Assembly: GCA_963782225.1 (NCBI GenBank)
Contig: CAWAIQ010000001.1
Location: 29,455-93,454 of the forward strand
DNA length: 64,000 nucleotides
DNA from: an uncultured Chitinophagaceae bacterium
Lineage (GTDB): Bacteria > Bacteroidota > Bacteroidia > Chitinophagales > Chitinophagaceae
Direction of reading: 5' to 3'
Numbering within the stretch: the first letter of the stretch is position 1; the number at the start of each line of letters is the position of its first letter. Positions 1-8,738 of this stretch are shown here, one piece after another. The translations under genes and the position numbers were made by a program. The notes under the pieces were generated by a model, which searched no databases, was not told the DNA's origin, and worked only from the letters and a program-made list of their open reading frames with translations.

Positions 1-447
1 AGATTTGAAAAAAGTACCTGCCATACTTTCTGCCTTTTGCATGGACGATGGGGATGAAACTTTTTCGACGATTTTTTTACCGATAGGATTTTGATTTAAT
101 GTGGCCTTTGCTTTATCAATCATTTCAGGCATCTTATCACTCAATTCCGTTACCTGGGTTTGAAGTTTGGCTCCGATCAAATAGAGTACTCCGCCAATTA
201 AAAGTATCATCCCAATAACAGCAATGGCCAGACATGCTTCTTGCTTCCATTTCGTTTTTCGACAGATAAGGTCACTCAATCCTCTAAAGAATATCGCGAT
301 CAATGCACCGGCTAAAATGAGAAGGAAAACCGAGAAGGTTGCCTTGAAGAACAAAATGAGCAATACGATTAAAGCGTAGGTGCCGCCCTTTATCCAAACT
401 TTCGTTTGATAGCTTAATTCGGAATCGGGTTTCTTGTGTGTGTTCAT
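1..447 (-). CDS. AI-2E family transporter (PerM/UPF0118-like), N-terminal part; gene runs off the left edge
   Basis: ATG at 445-447 on minus strand, frame open to base 1 (absent from ORF track because no stop in window). My translation MNTHKKPDSELSYQTKVWIKGGTYALIVLLILFFKATFSVFLLILAGALIAIFFRGLSDLI... is TM-rich and resembles the usual N-terminus of this family. Confidence 0.55.
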   Translation of the reverse strand, partial: MNTHKKPDSELSYQTKVWIKGGTYALIVLLILFFKATFSVFLLILAGALIAIFFRGLSDLICRKTKWKQEACLAIAVIGMILLIGGVLYLIGAKLQTQVTELSDKMPEMIDKAKATLNQNPIGKKIVEKVSSPSSMQKAESMAGTFFKS

Positions 448-576
448 TTCCACGCTGCTGCTTAAAATGCTTTGTACTTATTTCGGCTAAGTCTTTCGTC
501 TCACATCGAACGAGCACATTTTGCAATAGTCGTTCCATGTGCAATGCCGCCAACTCCTTTCAAGCTCGCTGGCAGC

Positions 577-619
577 AAAAAAATAAGCCGGAACGTTGAA
601 TGCCTTACGTTCCGGCTTA
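577..619 (-). terminator. Strong rho-independent terminator (13-bp perfect stem, 10-nt loop, T7 tail) reading on the minus strand
   Basis: taagccggaacgt (584-596) / acgttccggctta (607-619) perfect inverted repeat; A7 at 577-583 becomes a U-run directly 3' of the stem on the minus strand; no T-run on the plus side. Confidence 0.65.
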
Positions 620-782
620 CACCTAAAACTCATGAAAAGATTCTAATAGCAATTTTAAAGTTAGTGAATATGGGTTCCCAGGAACGAAAACGTCCTTGAT
701 TTTAATCAAACTATAATGCGGATTAATTTCTTTTTAATTCCTTTTCTTATAGCAAAAATGATAAAAGAATTAGTTTTGAATC

Positions 783-1040
783 GTGCAGAACGTACTTACT
801 ATACCAGCTGTTTACAACGACGATAAATATTACCTGTTGGTGCAGAAGCGCGGCCTCAACGAAACTTATAAACTTCATGTAACTGCTTTAACCGAAGCGG
901 AAACAAGAGTTTATGGCGCATACATCTTCGAAGTAAAGAACAACTTTTTCTGCATCATCAGCCAGCCAGCCGGTGCATTGACAGATTTGGCAGAATCCAT
1001 TGCCCTAACAATGAAGAAGACGATCTTCAATGCGTTATAA
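783..1040 (+). CDS. hypothetical protein (85 aa from GTG); an ATG at 758 lies in the -1 frame, possible +1-split start
   Basis: ORF track; protein-like composition, no family recognised. Confidence 0.4.
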   Translation: MQNVLTIPAVYNDDKYYLLVQKRGLNETYKLHVTALTEAETRVYGAYIFEVKNNFFCIISQPAGALTDLAESIALTMKKTIFNAL

Positions 1041-1401
1041 TAGTAAGAAGCACTTTTCACGGAACGTTATCAATCAAAACGAAGCAGAAGCGTATGAGGT
1101 TCGTATACCTGCCTGGCTGTATCTCGTTTTAATAGTTTTGGGCGCAATCGTTGTTTTTTCATCGGTCTAACCTTATAGAATTCGATTACGCGGAACTTTT
1201 TGCGCGCTTATTTTTATCGCCCTGTTTTATGTAGACATATTTTCGCCTCCTTCCGACTCCTTCTTTCACTCAATTAAAAGTATATTAAAAGCTTAAGATG
1301 TTTTATCTTGTAAGGTCGTTCATTTATGTCTTGCACCGCTTAGTAGCACAGTCTTTGACCATACCGATAAGGATTATTTGATCACCCAAAAATAAAATTT
1401 T

Positions 1402-1731
1402 ATGAAAGGTTATCATCAGTACCAGGCTTGCATCGAGGCATGTTTGCGGTGCGCAGCGCTATGTAATCATTGTGCGGCATCCTGTACAAAGGAAGACGAT
1501 GTAAAGATGATGGCGCGATGTATAGAACTGGATATGCAGTGTGCGGCGCTTTGTTATGCGGCAGCTCAGCTAATGAGTTTTGGTAGCGACAAAGCGAAAG
1601 ATATATGCAGAATTTGCGCGGAGGTATGTGAGGCTTGTGGTAACGAATGCAAAAACCATAAGAACGAGCATTGCCAGGAGTGTGCGAAGGCTTGCTTAGC
1701 CTGTGCGGAAGAATGCAGGAAAATGGCATAG
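1402..1731 (+). CDS. four-helix-bundle copper-binding protein (DUF326 / Cys-rich YhjQ-like)
   Basis: 109 aa with 19 Cys arranged in repeated CxxxC/CxxC heptad-like spacing (CIEACLRCAALCNHCAASC ... CRICAEVCEACGNEC ... CQECAKACLACAEEC), typical of this family. Confidence 0.85.
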   Translation: MKGYHQYQACIEACLRCAALCNHCAASCTKEDDVKMMARCIELDMQCAALCYAAAQLMSFGSDKAKDICRICAEVCEACGNECKNHKNEHCQECAKACLACAEECRKMA

Positions 1732-1768
1732 AATATAACAGGAGTGTATTTCTTACCAAATCATATTT

Positions 1769-2218
1769 ATGAAAAGTAACTTTTCCAGGGGACCCGTATG
1801 TAGCTGGCTTCTCTTTCCGTTTTTATTGTTAATGATCGTGTCATTGGGATCTTGTGCGCGCAGCATCAACTTCAATTCTTCGGCGGTAGTACCAGCAGCG
1901 GAGGGTAAGATTAAACTAAAGAAGGACCGCAATAACAATTATGCTATACAAGTACGCATTAACAACCTTGCGGATCCCGGCAAGCTTCAGCCGGCACGTT
2001 CGACATATGTACTGTGGATAGAGTCAGTTGACAACGGTTTCAAAAATCTTGGGCAGTTGCGCATTTCCCGAGGCGCAATCGGCTCAAGACTCAGAGCTTC
2101 GCTGCAGACGGTGACGTCGTTCGAACCACGCAGGTTCTTTATTACGGCGCAAGATGACGGAAAGGCTCAGTATCCAGCCAATGAACGTGTGTTGGAGACT
2201 AACGTGGTTAAGAGGTAA
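1769..2218 (+). CDS. lipoprotein of unknown function
   Basis: Signal peptide ending in lipobox-like LGSC (…LLMIVSLGSCARS); 37 nt after the Cys-rich gene, 34 nt before the OM receptor gene. Confidence 0.6.
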   Translation: MKSNFSRGPVCSWLLFPFLLLMIVSLGSCARSINFNSSAVVPAAEGKIKLKKDRNNNYAIQVRINNLADPGKLQPARSTYVLWIESVDNGFKNLGQLRISRGAIGSRLRASLQTVTSFEPRRFFITAQDDGKAQYPANERVLETNVVKR

Positions 2219-2252
2219 GGGAACTGATAAAAATCGATAAGTTTGGCGCCGC

Positions 2253-4643
2253 ATGAAGCTAATCGGTTCCCTTTTATTGGCGCTACTTTGCCTAAACGTG
2301 TGCGCTCAACATCAACTTACCGGTAAGATATATGGCGCGGGCAACGCAGCCGTTGCTTCGGCAGTTGTTACAATAAACGAAATAAAAGTATTAGCAGACA
2401 GCACCGGTTTTTTTGTGGTAGATAAACTTGCCACTGGCAAATATTCGATAGAAATCACACACCTGCAATACAACGCGTATCACACCGAATTGAATGTCAC
2501 CCACGACACGTCGATTCACGTACAACTGTTGTTGTCTGATAAAATATTACAGGAAGTAGTCGTAACAGGAAATACGGCTTCATTGCAAAAAAGCGATGGC
2601 AAGCTCACTTACAACCTCGCAAACAGTGTGATGGCCTCGGGAAGCACGTTGTATGAGGCGGTGACGCAGGTGCCGGGTATCAGGGTAGATAATAATACAA
2701 TCGTAATGGCAGGCAGGAGCGCTGTGAAAGTAATGATCAACCGCAGGATCGTGTATCTCACAGGTGAAGACCTTGTGCGGTATCTTAGATCCATCCCCGC
2801 AAATGATGTTTCAAAAATTGAACTTATTTCGAATCCGTCTGCCGCATATGATGTGGAAGGAAACAGCGGCATCATTAACATTATAACAAAGAAGAATCGC
2901 AACGCTGGTTCGTCCGGAAACCTTCAATTGTCCGCCCAGCGCACAGCACCTTCGCGCTCCAATATATATGGTATTAAGAATTTTGGTGAAGTAGGAGTGA
3001 GCGGTAGTTATTTTTTCAATTCAGACAGGTGGTCCACAAACATCACTGTTCATGGTGCCAAGGGACATTTACTCGAAGGATTTGAAACTGATGTATTTTA
3101 TCCAACACAACAATGGTTGCAAACCGACACCGGTATCTATAAATACCCGGTGCTAAATGCCTCCGCTGGTGTAGAGTTCCGTTTAAATAAAAATGTTGTG
3201 CTGGGCGCATCTTACAACGTTAACAGAACGGTTTATAAGGGTTCGGACCATGTAAATAATCCAATACTGAATGCGCAGGGAGCAATTGATTCGACGTTAA
3301 AGACCTATGCGGTATATTATCCCATCGCCTGGAATAATTCTTACAATGTGTTCAGCGAAATCAAACTCGACACATCAGGCACGCTGCTTACACTTAATGC
3401 AGATTACCTGAATTATTACCGTACAGATCATTCTGATTTTGAAAGTAACGGATACAATGGGCAGGGTGCGTTGAAGCCGGGAAGCAGGGCATTGTACACG
3501 TACGACAACAAACAAAATATTTCGGTATACACATTTCGGGGTGATGTGGATTTCGCCACTCCGTTTGCTAAATTTTCGACGGGTAGCAAAATCAGTTTCA
3601 TTGATAATTACAGTAATGCATTTTATTACAACAGGTCTGCTTCCGGCGCATTAACTTATGATACCAGCCTGAGCAACGAATTTAATTACCAGGAAAACAC
3701 GCAGGCGTTGTATGGAAGCATGACTAAAGAGCAGGAAAAATGGAAGGTGAATATTGGTGCGCGGGCAGAGCTTACGCAAACAAAAGGATACTCGTATACC
3801 TTAAAGGTGACTACACCGAAAAATTACTTCAAGTTGTTTCCATCGGCACTTATTTCCTACCAGGCAGATACTAACAACAGCTTTTCGGTTTCGTATGGGA
3901 AAAGAGTTAATCGCCCTACATTCTGGAGTTTGAATCCTTTCAAGTCACTTTACACTGCTTACAGTTATGGGATGGGTAATCCTTACCTGCAACCGGAGTA
4001 TACCACAAATATAGAAGTGTCGCATAATTACAAACGCAAACTCACGTCAACATTGTTTGCAACCATTACAAGCAATGGTTTTACTGACATCACGTTTGTT
4101 TCTGCTGACACAAATTTGGTATACAGGGCTCCGCTCAATTTTATAAGCCTTCAGAAATTTGGATTATCCGAAAATCTTTCGTTGAAGATCAGCTCCTGGT
4201 GGGAGAGTAACCAATTGGCTATGGTGTATCATACGGATGCACGGTTTTCAATCCCTGAATTGGTTGATATAAGTGGGTTCGGGGGGTATTTCTCAAGCAA
4301 CAATACATTTACCATTAATAAAACCTTTACTGCGGCTGCTAATTTCTGGTACCAGTTTCCGGAGATCAATACCATTGGCCGTTCAGACAGATATTATAAA
4401 CTTGACGTGGGTGTGAAAGCGACAGCAATGAAAAGCAAAATGGATGTTGCGTTTAACCTGTTTGATGCCTTTCGTACGAGCGCTCCATCCATTACTGCTA
4501 TTGTTAACGGCATACCACAACGGTTTACGCGCTTCCAGGTAAACCGGTTCTATCAGCTGGCCGTTACTTATAGATTCGGAAGTAAAACTACGCGTGAAAA
4601 CCACAGGACTCCCGGTAACGAAGAAGAAAAAGAACGTATATGA
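2253..4643 (+). CDS. outer-membrane beta-barrel / TonB-dependent-receptor-like protein with N-terminal carboxypeptidase-regulatory-like domain
   Basis: 796 aa; signal peptide, CarbopepD_reg-like start (LTGKIYGAG...VTINE...TDSTGFF), plug-like segment (GIRVDNNTIVMAGR...VMINRRIVYL...IELISNPSAAYDVEGNSGIINIITKK), aromatic C-terminal barrel strands. Confidence 0.8.
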   Translation: MKLIGSLLLALLCLNVCAQHQLTGKIYGAGNAAVASAVVTINEIKVLADSTGFFVVDKLATGKYSIEITHLQYNAYHTELNVTHDTSIHVQLLLSDKILQEVVVTGNTASLQKSDGKLTYNLANSVMASGSTLYEAVTQVPGIRVDNNTIVMAGRSAVKVMINRRIVYLTGEDLVRYLRSIPANDVSKIELISNPSAAYDVEGNSGIINIITKKNRNAGSSGNLQLSAQRTAPSRSNIYGIKNFGEVGVSGSYFFNSDRWSTNITVHGAKGHLLEGFETDVFYPTQQWLQTDTGIYKYPVLNASAGVEFRLNKNVVLGASYNVNRTVYKGSDHVNNPILNAQGAIDSTLKTYAVYYPIAWNNSYNVFSEIKLDTSGTLLTLNADYLNYYRTDHSDFESNGYNGQGALKPGSRALYTYDNKQNISVYTFRGDVDFATPFAKFSTGSKISFIDNYSNAFYYNRSASGALTYDTSLSNEFNYQENTQALYGSMTKEQEKWKVNIGARAELTQTKGYSYTLKVTTPKNYFKLFPSALISYQADTNNSFSVSYGKRVNRPTFWSLNPFKSLYTAYSYGMGNPYLQPEYTTNIEVSHNYKRKLTSTLFATITSNGFTDITFVSADTNLVYRAPLNFISLQKFGLSENLSLKISSWWESNQLAMVYHTDARFSIPELVDISGFGGYFSSNNTFTINKTFTAAANFWYQFPEINTIGRSDRYYKLDVGVKATAMKSKMDVAFNLFDAFRTSAPSITAIVNGIPQRFTRFQVNRFYQLAVTYRFGSKTTRENHRTPGNEEEKERI

Positions 4644-4785
4644 TCAAGGGGTTCGTTGACCTTCATCAAACTCTTGGTGAATTTCATCTACGTGTACACT
4701 TGTAAGTTCATCTAAGCGTTAACACTTAGGTGATTCCTGGAATTACAAGGTTCCTTTTATCGCCGACCCTATAAAAAAACCCATA

Positions 4786-6639
4786 ATGAAAGTTCTTCTA
4801 TTCCTGTTTTCCGTACTCTTTGCGTGCGTATCCGAGGCGCAAACTAATTATGGATTGAGCTTTAATGGAACAAACCAGTATGTAAGTATTGGCTCGCCAT
4901 TATCGAATAACACATCTTACACCAAAGAAGCGTGGGTTTACTCGACTACCAATACGGGATCGCGCAACATCATATCCTCGTCGAATTCGCCATTTTGGTT
5001 CAACAATGGAATTCTGTCAGCCGGCCACGGTGGCAACACCGGCCAGGTGGTGGATGCGACTGCGTTTCCGTTAAATAAATGGACGCATGTGGCCGTAACC
5101 TACGATGCGGCGAGTACTACAATGAAATTATACCGGGATGGAACGTTGATCAGCACTAACGCAGCGGTAGCATCAAACTACGCGAGCCAGGTTACTTATA
5201 TCGGTTCTTCGTCTGCCGCCGCAGGATATTTACAGGGATCGGTTGATGAGGTGAGAATATGGAATGTGGCGAGAACGCAAACTGAATTAAAGCATTTCTT
5301 GATAAGGGCGCCCTCAAATACTGCAAGTGGTTTGGCCAGTTATCATAAATTAAATAACGGATCGGGAACAACTTCAACCAACTCAACAGGCGGCACAAAC
5401 GGAACATTGGTCAATACACCCGGATGGGTGTTGAGTCCCGTTTCTTTCGTCGGTAATGCGTTAAATTTTGATGGAACGGATGATGTTGTCACTGCTGCTT
5501 CGAACAGCACGTTGAACATTACTTCGTCGATAACGCTCGAAGCGTGGGTATATGCTACAAAAAATTCGGGTATACAGAATGTGGTGAGTAAATCGAGCCA
5601 GAGCATAAATACCGGATATATATTTCCAAGAACAGATAATGGATGGACGAGCGCAGTGATGTATTTATATATTGGAGGCAACTGGCGCACGTTGAGTGCT
5701 CCTTTCCCTTCGTTGAATGCATGGCATCACCTCGCTGCAACATATGATGGTGCGAATATGAGGATATATGTGAATGGAGTATTGTCGGCAACGCAGGCTC
5801 AAACAGGTGCAATTGCCACTAATACAAATGTGCTCGCATTAGGTAATCAGCCCGGTTACTCGGAGTATTTCGGGGGATCGGTTGATGAAGTGAGAATATG
5901 GAACATTGCGCGTACAGGTGCACAGATATTAGCAGATAAAAACAAAGTGCTTGAGCCTTCTGTGCAGACGGGACTCGTTACATACTATACGTTCGACCAG
6001 GGATTAACCGGCGGTGCAAATGCGGGCATGAGTTCAATAGTTGATCTGAAGAACGAAAACAATGGAACGCTTACAAATTTCGCACTTACCGGAAGCTCAT
6101 CGAATTTTTTAGTGCAGAATGCGGTATTGCCGGTACGTTGGTTGAATTTCTCCGCCCGCGAGAATAAATCCGGGGTTAGATTGGATTGGAGCACTGCGAG
6201 CGAACAGCACACTGCTGAGTTTATTGTTCAGCACAGTGTGAATGGACTAGATTTTTCTGATGTTGGAAGCGTTGTTGCGGCAGGTAATAGTGATGTTGTT
6301 TCGCGGTATCAATTTTTGCATTCATCACCGGCGGCTGGTATTAACTATTACAGATTACTACAGGCAGATATCGATGGCAGGAGCACTTATAGTGAGGTGA
6401 AGACGATCAAATTAAGTTTCAACGATGAGTTTGTTTTGTTGAACAACCCTGTAGAGGCTGGCAGTATTAACATCAAACTAAATAAAGATGATCTTGTGTC
6501 ACTCTTTAGCGCTGACGGCCGGTTATTGTTTTCAAAGCACTTTCCTTCCGGGGTTAACCGTATTTCAGTAAAAGGTTTTGTTAAAGGGGCGTACTTTATT
6601 AAAACTTCAACGTCGACAAGACAAGTCATCATCAAATAA
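4786..6639 (+). CDS. secreted protein with two LamG (concanavalin-like) domains and a T9SS-type C-terminal sorting domain
   Basis: Signal peptide; duplicated LamG signature (WTHVAVTYD...LYRDG...GSVDEVRIWNVARTQTEL and WHHLAATYD...IYVNG...GGSVDEVRIWNIARTGAQIL); C-terminal ~80 aa beta-sandwich tail (…GAYFIKTSTSTRQVIIK). Confidence 0.8.
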   Translation: MKVLLFLFSVLFACVSEAQTNYGLSFNGTNQYVSIGSPLSNNTSYTKEAWVYSTTNTGSRNIISSSNSPFWFNNGILSAGHGGNTGQVVDATAFPLNKWTHVAVTYDAASTTMKLYRDGTLISTNAAVASNYASQVTYIGSSSAAAGYLQGSVDEVRIWNVARTQTELKHFLIRAPSNTASGLASYHKLNNGSGTTSTNSTGGTNGTLVNTPGWVLSPVSFVGNALNFDGTDDVVTAASNSTLNITSSITLEAWVYATKNSGIQNVVSKSSQSINTGYIFPRTDNGWTSAVMYLYIGGNWRTLSAPFPSLNAWHHLAATYDGANMRIYVNGVLSATQAQTGAIATNTNVLALGNQPGYSEYFGGSVDEVRIWNIARTGAQILADKNKVLEPSVQTGLVTYYTFDQGLTGGANAGMSSIVDLKNENNGTLTNFALTGSSSNFLVQNAVLPVRWLNFSARENKSGVRLDWSTASEQHTAEFIVQHSVNGLDFSDVGSVVAAGNSDVVSRYQFLHSSPAAGINYYRLLQADIDGRSTYSEVKTIKLSFNDEFVLLNNPVEAGSINIKLNKDDLVSLFSADGRLLFSKHFPSGVNRISVKGFVKGAYFIKTSTSTRQVIIK

Positions 6640-6684
6640 CCGCCGATAATACGTTACCTTGTTAGCCATCAAACTTTTAAGCTT

Positions 6685-6879
6685 ATGACCGACGGCCTAA
6701 GACGCGCGGAAAAAGAAGATGACCTCCGCGTAAACGTTCACAAGTCTCATGAAATAAACTACTGGGCCAGGCAGCTGCGCACCTCACCAGAACGAATAAA
6801 AAAGGCTATAGACACTGTGGGACCGATGGTAAAGGATCTGAAGAAGTGGTTATCATTGAATTCTTTAAAAGCCAGTTGA
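6685..6879 (+). CDS. DUF3606 domain-containing protein
   Basis: 64 aa; VNVHKSHEINYWARQLRTSPERIKKAIDTVGPMVKDLKKWL matches the DUF3606 pattern (…YELRYWTKELGVS.EEL..AV..VG). Confidence 0.7.
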   Translation: MTDGLRRAEKEDDLRVNVHKSHEINYWARQLRTSPERIKKAIDTVGPMVKDLKKWLSLNSLKAS

Positions 6880-6896
6880 AGCCAGCGCGGAAGTAC

Positions 6897-7055
6897 TTAG
6901 TTTAATGCAAACTTTTGGAAATGCAGTTGCTTTTCAACATGTTTGATAGCTAAGAGCATTACGCCGATCTCTGTAACGTTCCTGTTACTTACAATAGCCT
7001 GATCCCGTCCTTTGCGTAGTTGATCGAGCTGAATTTTGAGGTTAACTATTTCCAT
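6897..7055 (-). CDS. small helical hypothetical protein (52 aa), below ORF-track cutoff
   Basis: My reading: ATG 7053-7055 to TAA 6897-6899, MEIVNLKIQLDQLRKGRDQAIVSNRNVTEIGVMLLAIKHVEKQLHFQKFALN. Confidence 0.25.
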   Translation of the reverse strand: MEIVNLKIQLDQLRKGRDQAIVSNRNVTEIGVMLLAIKHVEKQLHFQKFALN

Positions 7056-7280
7056 TTCCAGTACTCAGGGGTTGAAATACTCAGTAATGCTTAGTAGCAT
7101 TCAAAGGGATCGGAAATTCGGAAAAGGCGTTTTGGTTACGGCCCTGCTAACAGAACGAATGTAAACTTATTCTGCTTAGCCTGATCTTTTCTTTTAAGCG
7201 TTGTTCAAAGAAAACCAGAACGCAAAGGGAAGGGAACAAAGTTGAAACAATACACTAGATTACACTACGATAACCACATC

Positions 7281-7436
7281 ATGCCAACCGAAGTCTTGCT
7301 CCTGACCGAGCAGTTACTCAATTTAAAAGTCTTGTACGAAGATGCCGTTCTCGGCAAACCTATAGCGGTAATCAAAAACATCAGCAGCCAGATCCAGGAG
7401 ATAGAGAAAAAGATTAAGGCGGATCTGCAGAACTGA
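7281..7436 (+). CDS. small helical hypothetical protein (51 aa from ATG; track ORF starts at TTG 7242)
   Basis: MPTEVLLLTEQLLNLKVLYEDAVLGKPIAVIKNISSQIQEIEKKIKADLQN; same architecture as the small ORF at 20799. Confidence 0.35.
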   Translation: MPTEVLLLTEQLLNLKVLYEDAVLGKPIAVIKNISSQIQEIEKKIKADLQN

Positions 7437-7497
7437 GGTGACCTGATTTCAATGCATTTGCCTTCTTCATTAAAAATGGGTGTACCTTGGTTACACC

Positions 7498-7704
7498 ATG
7501 AGTGAAAAAGACGAATACATCATTTGGAAGGGCAGTCAGTTTCGCATTACTACAAAAATATCGATGACGAAAAACGGTGTCTCAATGATTCTGGCACAGG
7601 GTAGTAATGTAGCATACCCGTCTCAAAAATTTGAAGAAGATATGGCGGAAGCCACTTATAAAGAGGCAAAACGACAAGCCACTTTGAAGAATGTCGGGAT
7701 TTAG
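7498..7704 (+). CDS. hypothetical protein (68 aa from ATG 7498)
   Basis: ORF track 7480..7704 (GTG); first ATG gives MSEKDEYIIWKGSQFRITTK... Confidence 0.4.
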   Translation: MSEKDEYIIWKGSQFRITTKISMTKNGVSMILAQGSNVAYPSQKFEEDMAEATYKEAKRQATLKNVGI

Positions 7705-7996
7705 ATCGCTTCTGTGTTCACTCACCATTAACACGGCTTGTCGCAACCTTTATGAGCAGAAAGATTTTCTCTCAAAGAGGCTGGCGCGAAATGGTCATTA
7801 AAAAAACTTTTTATTTATTCTCCTGATACGATGTGTGGCCCCTACATCCGTCTGCTTTAAACTCCTGGGCAGGGTATAACGGACCGATGAGCTACCGTAC
7901 TTAGCCGTGATAGATTGTGTGAACCCTTGGATTGGAGCGTTACGGAACGGCGCAGGGATATGCATTATTAGTAGATGTTGCATCATCGAAAAGATG

Positions 7997-8182
7997 TTAC
8001 TGAGGTTGTGCTTTGCGCTTTTTGATCTCGCGCATTATATGTCCCATAAATTCGCTGACGTAGATATTGTTTTCAGACAGTAAGTCTTTATTATTGGGAT
8101 CGTTAACAAATGTAACGTACTTCTGTACCTCTTCGCGAAAGGCGGCTTGCAGTTCGTCGTTACTGAGATGAATTAGGTCCAT
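7997..8182 (-). CDS. small helical hypothetical protein (61 aa)
   Basis: MDLIHLSNDELQAAFREEVQKYV...IMREIKKRKAQPQ; same architecture as 53812..54021. Confidence 0.45.
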   Translation of the reverse strand: MDLIHLSNDELQAAFREEVQKYVTFVNDPNNKDLLSENNIYVSEFMGHIMREIKKRKAQPQ

Positions 8183-8297
8183 TATGTATAAACTCCCTGG
8201 TTGGGGTGGTTCAGCGGAAGATACTTAAAATGTCGTGCCGCGCACATTTATCTCTGTTTTAGGGGATCTTTTCATTCAGCGTCTAAATAAGTTGTCT

Positions 8298-8681
8298 ATG
8301 ACCGATAAAGGAAGAATAGAGAAATCCGTTTCAAGAATATTCAAAGCTGTGTTTCCCGACAGCACCAATCACTACGACACTTTGTTTGGCGGTGCGGCGA
8401 TGCAGCTGATGGATGAGGTGGCGTTTATAACGGCAACGCGGTATAGCCGGCAGAAAATGGTGACGGTGAGTAGCAGTAAAATAGATTTTGAGAAGCCTAT
8501 TCCTGCCGGTACAATCATAGAGTTGGTGGGCGAAATTTCTCATGTGGGCAATACCAGTCTGAAAGTAAGAGTAGATATTTTTGTAGAGCAGATGTATACC
8601 GACGTTCGCGAGAAGGCTATTACTGGTGAGTTTACGCTGGTGGCGATTGATGATAATAAGCAGGCAGTGAAGATAGTTTAG
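8298..8681 (+). CDS. acyl-CoA thioesterase (hotdog fold, YciA-like)
   Basis: From ATG 8298: ...IFKAVFPDSTNHYDTLFGGAAMQLMDEVAFITATRYSRQKMVTVSSSKIDFEKPIPAGTIIELVGEISHVGNTSLKVRV, the standard thioesterase core. Confidence 0.8.
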   Translation: MTDKGRIEKSVSRIFKAVFPDSTNHYDTLFGGAAMQLMDEVAFITATRYSRQKMVTVSSSKIDFEKPIPAGTIIELVGEISHVGNTSLKVRVDIFVEQMYTDVREKAITGEFTLVAIDDNKQAVKIV

Positions 8682-8738
8682 AGTCACGCAGAATTCATGA
8701 CTAGCGATGGAAAGATTTACGTGTTATTATCGCTTGCA

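Noticed and set aside
284-699. Track ORFs 284..553 (-) and 472..699 (+)
   Set aside because: The first is out of frame inside and over the AI-2E gene start. The second runs straight through the terminator hairpin. Neither has protein-like composition.
2821-2835. tRNA T-loop-like string ttcgaatcc
   Set aside because: It lies inside the OM receptor CDS with no acceptor or anticodon stems around it. I found no cloverleaf-capable sequence in any intergenic spacer.
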